64,000 nt of DNA from NCBI GenBank assembly GCA_965215265.1, contig OZ244048.1:1472001-1536000 (forward strand). The letters are read 5' to 3'. Under the pieces are notes generated by a model. The model saw only the letters and a list, made by a program, of their open reading frames with translations, did not search any database and was not told the DNA's origin. Positions 56,050-64,000 of this stretch are shown here, piece by piece. This DNA is from Candidatus Poribacteria bacterium. GTDB lineage: Bacteria > Poribacteria > WGA-4E > WGA-3G. The first letter of the stretch is position 1; every line of letters begins with the position of its first letter. Both the position numbers and the translations under genes were made by a program.

Positions 56050-56868
56050 ATGACAAAGAGACATAACAGACCCATTCAACCGACCGGGAGTTTTCGGGCG
56101 ATTCCAGTTGCCGTTCCCGAAAATTTAGCCAATATCCGGATTATTTTATTTGAACCGCGCGAGCCGGGAAATATCGGTTCCGTTGCCAGAGTGGTGAAGG
56201 GGATGGGACTCTCTCAGCTCTATCTGGTGAATCCTGTCCCATTTCATAATGTTGATGCGGCGTGGTATATGGCGCACGGTGCGAAGGATATCCTTGAAAA
56301 CTGCGTTGTCGTAAACGCGTTAAAAGATGCTCTCGTCGATATCCAGTATCTAGTCGGGACAACGCACCGTCGGCGCGATATGCGGCTCCCGCAGCCAGTA
56401 CCTGCGCGCGAAGCGGCACAAACACTCGCCTCTATCTCGCAGGATAAACAGGTCGCGCTGCTGTTTGGGCGAGAAGACTTCGGATTGTCCACAGATCAGA
56501 TGAGTCTATGTCAATTGACAGCGAGCGTGCCGATGGCGACGAAGAACCCGTCTTTGAACCTTGCCCAAGCGGTGCAGATTTTCGCTTATGAGGTTTTCAT
56601 TGCAAGTTTGGCGGAGGTTCCAGCAGCTTCAATTGAGTATGCGGAAGTGAACGCGTTGGAAGAATTCTACGGGCGAGTGACGCGTTTGCTTGACAAGGTA
56701 GGGATGTCTCCTTACAACCATGAGTGGGAGACGTATCTGAGATCGTTGCGGCGGGTCTTTTCACGTGCCCCGTTAGAAGAGCGGGATATTGCCACGTTGG
56801 ATATGATTTTCTCGACAACATATCGTTATATAGAGCGGTTGGAGAAGAAGGTCGAGAATTCAGGTTGA
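56050..56868 (+). CDS. TrmJ/LasT-family SPOUT RNA methyltransferase
   Basis: EPREPGNIGSVAR, LLFGREDFGL, SLNLAQAV; likely start MTKRHN just after TTGACA-17-TATCCT. Confidence 0.88.
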   Translation: MTKRHNRPIQPTGSFRAIPVAVPENLANIRIILFEPREPGNIGSVARVVKGMGLSQLYLVNPVPFHNVDAAWYMAHGAKDILENCVVVNALKDALVDIQYLVGTTHRRRDMRLPQPVPAREAAQTLASISQDKQVALLFGREDFGLSTDQMSLCQLTASVPMATKNPSLNLAQAVQIFAYEVFIASLAEVPAASIEYAEVNALEEFYGRVTRLLDKVGMSPYNHEWETYLRSLRRVFSRAPLEERDIATLDMIFSTTYRYIERLEKKVENSG

Positions 56869-56923
56869 AATATTAGAACGGATTGAGGTATGATATTTTA
56901 TACACCACGACACGAGCCTCTTT

Positions 56924-57994
56924 ATGAAAACTGACCATAAGCTCCTTTTTCAAAATGCCCAAGATTTAAAAGCAATTGCTTCGGAAACCATCGATCTGGT
57001 CGTTACCTCGCCTCCATATCCGATGATTGAAATGTGGGATGCTCTGTTTAGTACCCAGAACTCCAAGATTCAGAAAATGTTAGCGTCTGGCAATGGGAGA
57101 CAGGCTTATGAGTTGATGCACGAGATTCTCGATCCTGTATGGGATGAAGTGTTTAGGGTTTTAAAGAATGGGAGATTCGCCTGCATTAATATTGGTGATG
57201 CAACTAGGAAGGTCGGGGCTGATTTTTGTTTGTACCCAAACCATGCGAGAATCTTGAATTATCTCTTAAGTATCGGGTTTTCTGCGTTACCCGATATCCT
57301 CTGGCGCAAACGGACCAACGCACCTAATAAATTTATGGGTTCTGGGATGCTCCCGGCGGGTGCTTATGTGACGCTAGAACACGAATATATCGTTATTGTG
57401 AGAAAAGGTTCGAAAAGAGAATTTAAAAGTGAGTCTGAAAAGGAAAATAGACGCGAAAGCGCGCTGTTTTGGGAGGAAAGGAATGTCTGGTACTCAGATG
57501 TTTGGATGGATATTCGGGGGGCAAAGCAGGACATCTCTAATACGATGTCGAGATCGAGGAGTGCAGCCTTTCCATTTGATTTAGTTTATCGGCTCATCAA
57601 TATGTATTCTGTGAAAGGGGATGTCGTCCTTGATCCGTTTTTGGGGACTGGAACGACGGTGGCAGCAGCAATGACATCGGCCCGCAACAGTATCGGTGTT
57701 GAAATCGACAACGGTTTTCAAGCGTCGATTTGTCAGGTCGTACACCATATTGTCAATTCCTCTAATAATTACCTGAAAGATAGATTGCTAAGACATTTTG
57801 AGTTTGTCCAAAACCGGATCCAAAATGCTAAGCCCGTGAAATATACAAATATGCATTACGGCTTTCCGGTGATGACAAGTCAAGAGAGGTCTATTTTGTT
57901 GAATGGCTTAAAACAGGTTCAAAGTTGCAAGGGTAATACCTTTGAGGTTACGTATGCAACGGAATCTCAAACTATCGTCTGGCAGAACCTATGA
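56924..57994 (+). CDS. Beta-class N4-cytosine/N6 DNA methyltransferase
   Basis: VVTSPPY precedes LDPFLGTGTT. Confidence 0.9.
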   Translation: MKTDHKLLFQNAQDLKAIASETIDLVVTSPPYPMIEMWDALFSTQNSKIQKMLASGNGRQAYELMHEILDPVWDEVFRVLKNGRFACINIGDATRKVGADFCLYPNHARILNYLLSIGFSALPDILWRKRTNAPNKFMGSGMLPAGAYVTLEHEYIVIVRKGSKREFKSESEKENRRESALFWEERNVWYSDVWMDIRGAKQDISNTMSRSRSAAFPFDLVYRLINMYSVKGDVVLDPFLGTGTTVAAAMTSARNSIGVEIDNGFQASICQVVHHIVNSSNNYLKDRLLRHFEFVQNRIQNAKPVKYTNMHYGFPVMTSQERSILLNGLKQVQSCKGNTFEVTYATESQTIVWQNL

Positions 57995-58061
57995 AGAATC
58001 TCAAGGTATAGATGGATTCGTAGGTGAAGAAGCGTATTCTATTAAACCTAACACCTATAAG
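57993..58061 (+). pseudogene. Fragment of an MjaI-family restriction endonuclease
   Basis: EESQGIDGFVGEEAYSIKPNTYK resembles the conserved MjaI-family C-terminal core; no N-terminal part present. Confidence 0.55.
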
Positions 58062-58208
58062 AGATTACTAATAAATCGTCTTTATGAGAGGAGCGGTAGT
58101 CCTCATAGAATAGTGGATAGACCGCAACACAAGTTTCCGTTTGAAGTTTTTGAGAAGTTAAGGTATTATATTTACAAGGTTAATCTGACAGCAGAAGGTT
58201 TTTTTTAG

Positions 58209-60494
58209 ATGCATAAAATCAAAAGTGAGACAAAGAGTATTAAGGAGCTTTTTAAATCTGAGTATACACTTGATTACTACCAGCGTGAATACGTTTGGCA
58301 ACGTATCCATGTGCGTCAGCTTATTGATGACCTCACGGTTCAATTTTTAGCGAATTATGATGAAACACATAATCGCGATCAAGGAAAGAACTATAGCTAT
58401 TATTTCCTCGGTTCAATTATCATCCGAAAAGAAGGAACTCAACGATTTATTATTGACGGTCAGCAGCGGCTCACGACGTTGACGCTTCTCCTGATTAAAC
58501 TCCAACACTTGCTGGAGGATAAAAGTCAAATTGCCCCCCTTATCTTCTCGGAGCATTTCGGGAAAAAGTCATTCAAACTTAATATTCCAGAACGGAAAGA
58601 GATTATGGAGAAACTCTGTTTAGTTGGATCATTTGATGACAAAGACCAGCCTATACTTATTAAGAACATTAATGCGCGCTATAGGGATATTGAGTCAATT
58701 TTTCAGAGTCTTCCGGAACAAGCGCTTCCATATTTCGTTGATTGGCTGCTTGAAAGAGTTTGCTTTGTAGAAATCACTGCCAACTCCGAGAATGATGCTT
58801 ACACGATATTTGAGACAATGAACGACCGGGGGTTATCCCTAACTGCTGCCGATATGCTTAGAGGATATTTGCTGTCGAATATTACCGATAGTGACCTTAG
58901 AGAGACTGCAAGCAGTGTTTGGCGAAAGCGGAGTCAATCGCTACAAGGTATAGGCAAGGACGAGGGGCGAAAGCGGAGTCAATCGCTACAAGGTCGCAAG
59001 GACGAGGATGGAAACGCGATTAAAGCATGGCTGCGCAGTCAATACTCGAGCGGAGTCAGTGATTTTGACGCAATTGGTAAGGAATTCCACCGGTGGGTCC
59101 GTAACCAAGCGGAGGATTTAGGTCTTAAGTCAAGTGAAGCCTTTGCAAATTTTATTAGACAGGACTTCGATTTTTATGGTGATCAGTATTGCCGTTTGCG
59201 CCAAGCAGCTAAATCGCTGACTCCCGGACTTGAATGTGTCTATTACAACGCATTAAACAATTTTACGCTCCAGTATATGTTTCTGTTATCTCTGTTAAGT
59301 GTAAGCGATACAGAAGAAGAAATCTCTGATAAGATAAGAATTGGTGCGCTGTTCCTTGATATCTTAATCCATAGGCGTATCTGGAATAACCTAGCCATCT
59401 CCCAAAGTACCATGGCAGACGAGCTGCCACGAAGTATACCGACTTTCAGGGGCAAGTGTAGCAACGAATTGAGAAATATATTGTATGAAGAACTTATGGA
59501 ACCTACTCTGATTTTTGCTAAGAATGAGCGTCTGACTTTTGCTAGGAATCCGTGGTTCAGTTTACACGGTGGAAACCGACGCAGGATATCTCTAATTCTG
59601 GCTAGAATGACAGATTACGTGGAAGTGCAATCTCAAAGACCGGCTCATTTTTCTGATTACGTCCGGGGAGGCAAAAATAGTTATGAGATTGAACACATCT
59701 GGGCGAAGGATGGGGTTAGTCATCTATCTGAATTTTCTCCGCATGAGTTTGATGAGTATCGTGACCGGATAGGAGGTTTACTACTTTTGCCAAGGAGAAT
59801 TAATGCCAGTTACGGTGATTTACGTTATGAAGAGAAGCGTCATTACTACCTCCGTGAGAATTTGCTTGCGGCAAGTCTCCACGAGCAGACCTACGAGCGC
59901 AATCCTGGCTTTAAAAAGTTTATTGAAGACAGCGGTTTGCCCTTCAAGCCGCATCCTGGATTTAATAAAAATGATCTTGATGAACGTCAACAGCTCTATC
60001 AGCAAATTGCGGAGCGAATCTGGAACCCGGAGCGTCTGAAACTCCCTTATGGAGAAGAACCGTCGGAAGCCCATCCTTATGATTCACTGCATCAAGATCC
60101 GGAAGTGGGGACAATAGAACGGATTAAGAATTTAATTCCTGAAGACCGTAGAAAATACTACGAAACGCACTATCGGCAAAGAATCGACCAATTTTACCTG
60201 CGTGTTGCAGAGTTAAAGAATTTTGTAGAAGAAAAAGGGTGGAAGTTAGAGCTCAGATTTCGGAAGTCCTACTGTGCTTTTTATTTAAAAAACCGCTTAG
60301 TATTTGGGGTGATCTTAAACCCGCCAAGATTTGCTGCGTGGATGACAAAGCAAGAGGCAGTGATGTGTAATAGATACTGTAAATTTGAACGTTATAGTCC
60401 CCAGCATCGACGTGCTGTTTATCCAATAGGTACGACAATAGATACCATTAGACCTATTCTTGAATTTTCGTATAGTAAACATCAGATAGATTGA
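58209..60494 (+). CDS. GmrSD-family (DUF262 + DUF1524/HNH) type IV restriction-like protein with extra C-terminal domain
   Basis: YQREYVW, IIDGQQRLTT, IFETMNDRG, EIEHIW...IGGLLLL...N. Confidence 0.88.
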   Translation: MHKIKSETKSIKELFKSEYTLDYYQREYVWQRIHVRQLIDDLTVQFLANYDETHNRDQGKNYSYYFLGSIIIRKEGTQRFIIDGQQRLTTLTLLLIKLQHLLEDKSQIAPLIFSEHFGKKSFKLNIPERKEIMEKLCLVGSFDDKDQPILIKNINARYRDIESIFQSLPEQALPYFVDWLLERVCFVEITANSENDAYTIFETMNDRGLSLTAADMLRGYLLSNITDSDLRETASSVWRKRSQSLQGIGKDEGRKRSQSLQGRKDEDGNAIKAWLRSQYSSGVSDFDAIGKEFHRWVRNQAEDLGLKSSEAFANFIRQDFDFYGDQYCRLRQAAKSLTPGLECVYYNALNNFTLQYMFLLSLLSVSDTEEEISDKIRIGALFLDILIHRRIWNNLAISQSTMADELPRSIPTFRGKCSNELRNILYEELMEPTLIFAKNERLTFARNPWFSLHGGNRRRISLILARMTDYVEVQSQRPAHFSDYVRGGKNSYEIEHIWAKDGVSHLSEFSPHEFDEYRDRIGGLLLLPRRINASYGDLRYEEKRHYYLRENLLAASLHEQTYERNPGFKKFIEDSGLPFKPHPGFNKNDLDERQQLYQQIAERIWNPERLKLPYGEEPSEAHPYDSLHQDPEVGTIERIKNLIPEDRRKYYETHYRQRIDQFYLRVAELKNFVEEKGWKLELRFRKSYCAFYLKNRLVFGVILNPPRFAAWMTKQEAVMCNRYCKFERYSPQHRRAVYPIGTTIDTIRPILEFSYSKHQID
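58921..59007. repeat. In-frame ~45-nt tandem duplication inside GmrSD
   Basis: ggcgaaagcggagtcaatcgctacaaggt...gcaaggacgagg twice (RKRSQSLQG..KDE x2). Confidence 0.93.
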
Positions 60495-60520
60495 TACCCT
60501 CACCGCGAACGTGATTTAAG

Positions 60521-63500
60521 ATGCGATATATTAAACCGATTGTTTGGCTCATTTTTATCCTCTCTGGTGCGAGTGGACTCATCTATGAAGTGATCTGGAT
60601 GCGGCAGTTGACGCTCGTCTTCGGAAGTACCGTCTTTGCGACAAGCACAGTACTGACGGCATTCATGGCCGGTTTAGCGCTTGGCAGCTTCTATTTTGGT
60701 CGAAAAATTGACGAAAGCGACGCGTCCCCGCTGCAGTTCTACGCACTATTGGAAGCAGGCATCGGTGTCTTCTGTCTAGTATGGCCGCTGATTCTAAGCG
60801 TCTTAACGGCCCTCTACGTGCTTATCTATCGGAACGTAACATCGGAGTTCTACACCCTCTCACTCATCCGGTTCGCTTTAACGTTTTTGGTAATCCTCGT
60901 TCCATCAACTTTGATGGGCGGTACGTTGCCGGTATTGACGCGTTTCTTCGTCCGGGAAATAGAGCGGCTCGGTATCAATGTCGGCATTCTGTATGCGTTG
61001 AACACCTTCGGTGCTGTGCTCGGATGCGTTGCGGCGGCTTTTTTTCTCATTGAGCGTGTCGGAATTCAACAGACGCTCCTTGTGGGTATTGCTATCAATT
61101 TTGCGGTGGCACTGGTTGCGTTTCTCCTAGAAAAGGGCGTTAACCGGGTGGAAGTCCGTGATGACTCCTTGCGTATGTCAGAGCCTGAAGGCGAGCGGGG
61201 AGTTGGGCTCCCACCCAAATCCCAAATCCTTTCTTCATCTCTCCGACGTTTGATGTTAGTCGCCATCGGGATTTCAGGCTTCTGTGCGTTGGCGTACGAA
61301 GTGTTGTGGACGCGAATTTTAGTCTTTTTCTTAGGAAGTACGACCTATGCGTTTGCGACAATGCTCGCTGCGTTCTTGTTCGGTATTGGATTGGGCAGTT
61401 TTCTGTTTGCTAGATGGATAGACAGGCTGCAGAATCCGACGGCCATTTTCGGGGTACTCCAACTCGGTATCGGTTTGTCTGCCCTGCTGCTCCTCCCGGC
61501 GTTTGAGGAATTGTATGGGATGAGTCGAGCGTTTCAATCAATCTTCGGCGGTGCGCGGTTCTGGGCGTTCTTCTCGTGTTTTCTTGTGATGAGCGTGCCA
61601 ACCGTTTTAATGGGTGGCAGTTTCCCCTTAGTCGCCAAAATTTACACGAGGGGTCCGAAGTGGCAGCGCGGGCAAGACGGTGGCGCGGTTATAGACGGTG
61701 AAAGCACCGAAAAAATCGGTCGGAGCATTGGCAACGTTTACGCGGTAAACACAGTCGGAAGCATCCTCGGCGCGTTTTGCGCAGGCTTCCTACTCATTCC
61801 ACTCTTAGGAATCCGACCGAGCCTTGTTCTGATTGTCGCACTAAACACCGGGCTCGGGTGTTGGCTAATTATAGGCGGTACGCGTGAGGTATCGAGTCCG
61901 TTTCTACAAGGAATTAGCATCGGTACGCCGATACTGAACGTCGGTTTGGCAGTTATCCTGCTCTTGACAGTGAATCAACCGCTCTTCTTGAAGAGTGCGA
62001 TTTTCAAAACGCAACGTCCCGGGGATACGCTTGTCGATTACAATGAGGAAGTGGATGCGACGGTGACAACGCTCAAAGATGATGAAGGGGTGTACCGGCT
62101 GTATGTCGATACAAATCAGGCGGCGGATGCATCTCGGTGGGATTCGCCATCGCACCGCGTCATAGCCCACTTACCCTTGCTGTTGCATCCGCGTCCTAAG
62201 CGGGCACTCGTAGTAGGTTTCGGCATGGGACTCACGTCCCATTCAATTACACAACATGGCGTACGAGTGGATGCCGTCGAGTTATCACACGGTGTGATTG
62301 ATGCGGCACGACAACATTTTACACACATCAACGGCAATGTATTTGAGAATGAACTTTTTAATTGGACACTCAACGATGGGCGGAACTACATCCTGATGAC
62401 GCATGAGAAATATGATATGATTTCAACAGGGATTATCCATCCGCTTGTCAGTGCGGGGAGTTCGAATATTTATACAGCGGACTTTTACCGGTTGTGTCAA
62501 CGTATCCTGACTCAGCAAGGCGTGATGTGCCAGTGGGTGCCGTTGCATCGTCTCCCGGAATCGCATTATAAGATGATTGTTAGGACGTTCATTGAGGTGT
62601 TTCCGCACACGACGCTTTGGTATAAATACACACCGGATTTTGTGATTCTCATCGGGGCACCCAAGCCGCTCTCAATTGACTATAAAAACTTTATTGCGCG
62701 TGCCCAGATAGCGAGCATCCGAAACGGACTCGCTGCCGATGACCTGGACGGGCTCTCCTTGCTGGATTCGTTTATGATGGGTCCGGAAGCGGTTCGGCGT
62801 TATGTGGGTGCGGGTCCCATCCACTCTGATAACCGTCCGCAATTGGAATTTTTCAAAGGTGCGGCGTTAGTTAACACTACAGCACAAAATATTACGGGGA
62901 TGGCTGAATACCGTGAGCAGGTCACGCCCTATCTCATCAATTACGGTAAAACCTTGGCAGAGCAAACTGCGATTCGCCTGAAAATAGAGAACTACTTTCA
63001 GGCAACAGAGAAGTTAATTCAGGGGCAGATTGCGTATGCCAATGCGCAGTATGATAGCGCTGCGTCTCTGATGAACGAAGCGGTGAAAATCAATCCGGCA
63101 GACGAAACCATCCGCTACAATTTCGGCATCGTCTCTGGGCTGATTCGCGAAGGCGAACGGGAAGAGCTGCGGCAGCTTGAAAAGCAGGTCCAAAGCACTT
63201 TGACACGGAATCCCGATGATATTCAGGGGCATCTCTATTTGGCGACGCTCTATGAGATGCAAGGTGAGCTCGCAAAGGCCACAAACGAATTGGAAACCGT
63301 GCTGAAACAGACACCTGACAGATTGGATGTCTATATGCTGTTAGGTCCATTGTACGAACGCCAACAGCGAAATAAAGACGCACTGCGCACCTACCAACGG
63401 CTTGAACAGCATGAGAGTGAGTTACCTGCCCCAATATTCGCCGCGATGGCACAGCTCCATCTCATCTTAAAAAATCTAGATGAGGCGGAACGGTATGGAC

Positions 63501-63709
63501 AGAAAGGCATAACAGCCGATGCAAATTCATGGCGTTCTCATTACATTTTGGCGAAGATTGACGAGGAACTGCAGCAGCCACAACAGCAACAGCAGCATTA
63601 CGTAAAAGCTTTAGAGGCACTTGACAAAGCCATTCGCTTGGCACCAACCGAACAAGATTTACAGATAGCAAAAGAACAAATTCAACATGAATTAAAGCTT
63701 GCTCAATAG
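60521..63709 (+). CDS. Fused multi-TM/spermidine synthase-like protein with C-terminal TPRs
   Basis: [49 protein letters not shown]; TPR-like tail. Confidence 0.85.
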   Translation: MRYIKPIVWLIFILSGASGLIYEVIWMRQLTLVFGSTVFATSTVLTAFMAGLALGSFYFGRKIDESDASPLQFYALLEAGIGVFCLVWPLILSVLTALYVLIYRNVTSEFYTLSLIRFALTFLVILVPSTLMGGTLPVLTRFFVREIERLGINVGILYALNTFGAVLGCVAAAFFLIERVGIQQTLLVGIAINFAVALVAFLLEKGVNRVEVRDDSLRMSEPEGERGVGLPPKSQILSSSLRRLMLVAIGISGFCALAYEVLWTRILVFFLGSTTYAFATMLAAFLFGIGLGSFLFARWIDRLQNPTAIFGVLQLGIGLSALLLLPAFEELYGMSRAFQSIFGGARFWAFFSCFLVMSVPTVLMGGSFPLVAKIYTRGPKWQRGQDGGAVIDGESTEKIGRSIGNVYAVNTVGSILGAFCAGFLLIPLLGIRPSLVLIVALNTGLGCWLIIGGTREVSSPFLQGISIGTPILNVGLAVILLLTVNQPLFLKSAIFKTQRPGDTLVDYNEEVDATVTTLKDDEGVYRLYVDTNQAADASRWDSPSHRVIAHLPLLLHPRPKRALVVGFGMGLTSHSITQHGVRVDAVELSHGVIDAARQHFTHINGNVFENELFNWTLNDGRNYILMTHEKYDMISTGIIHPLVSAGSSNIYTADFYRLCQRILTQQGVMCQWVPLHRLPESHYKMIVRTFIEVFPHTTLWYKYTPDFVILIGAPKPLSIDYKNFIARAQIASIRNGLAADDLDGLSLLDSFMMGPEAVRRYVGAGPIHSDNRPQLEFFKGAALVNTTAQNITGMAEYREQVTPYLINYGKTLAEQTAIRLKIENYFQATEKLIQGQIAYANAQYDSAASLMNEAVKINPADETIRYNFGIVSGLIREGEREELRQLEKQVQSTLTRNPDDIQGHLYLATLYEMQGELAKATNELETVLKQTPDRLDVYMLLGPLYERQQRNKDALRTYQRLEQHESELPAPIFAAMAQLHLILKNLDEAERYGQKGITADANSWRSHYILAKIDEELQQPQQQQQHYVKALEALDKAIRLAPTEQDLQIAKEQIQHELKLAQ

Positions 63710-63728
63710 CAAAGGAAATAGAGACTAC

Positions 63729-64000
63729 ATGTCAGAAGAAACTCATTTAAAACGGACTCACTATTGTGGCGTACTCAGGCTGGCTGATGCCGGTAAACGT
63801 GCGCAACTCAACGGCTGGGTTCAACGACGCCGGGACCATGGCGGTGTGATCTTTGTAGACTTGCGGGACAGAACAGGCATAACACAGGTTGTCTTCGACC
63901 CGCAAATTGATGCCATAGCGCATAAACAAGCGAACGTTGTGCGCAGCGAATTTGTGCTAAACGTAAGCGGTACGGTTCGCGAGCGCGAACCGGGCGAGCA
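63729..64000 (+). CDS. aspS: Aspartate-tRNA ligase, 5' part (runs off window; absent from ORF track)
   Basis: Manual translation [14 protein letters not shown]...[31 protein letters not shown]. Confidence 0.95.
   Translation, partial: MSEETHLKRTHYCGVLRLADAGKRAQLNGWVQRRRDHGGVIFVDLRDRTGITQVVFDPQIDAIAHKQANVVRSEFVLNVSGTVREREPGE

Noticed and set aside
63747-63929. 60-aa minus-strand ORF
   Set aside because: Antisense to aspS.

Overview
Bacterial chromosomal window, most likely from Candidatus Poribacteria. That assignment is an inference from the recurrent C-terminal 'V.P..KL.TTW..IK' motif, a WD40-cohesin-dockerin-FlgD protein, PhyH dioxygenases and uronate catabolism genes. The left 14 kb is the highlight: one tightly coupled minus-strand operon, next to a WYL regulator, encodes TWO class 1 CRISPR effector/nuclease modules in tandem. 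The first is a canonical type I-D set (cas3', cas10d with internal cas11d, csc2, csc1). The second is a type I-like set I cannot assign to a subtype: a 736-aa Zn-finger large subunit with its own hidden Cas11-like internal start, divergent Cas7, Cas5, a stand-alone HD nuclease, and a second Cas3 helicase that the ORF track missed because it runs off the left edge. No CRISPR array, cas6 or cas1/2 lies inside the window. Other contents: a minCD-minE-minE operon among two interleaved families of short dispersed repeats; a sugar-acid catabolism region; an E2-only CBASS-like operon with two patatin paralogues; several R-M genes and relics (EcoRV-like MTase, Mrr-like nuclease, N4-C MTase with an MjaI-like fragment, GmrSD); and housekeeping genes (bioD, sodA, uxaC, secG, tpiA, gap, trmJ-like, start of aspS). 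All calls come from reading motifs by eye; no database search was run.
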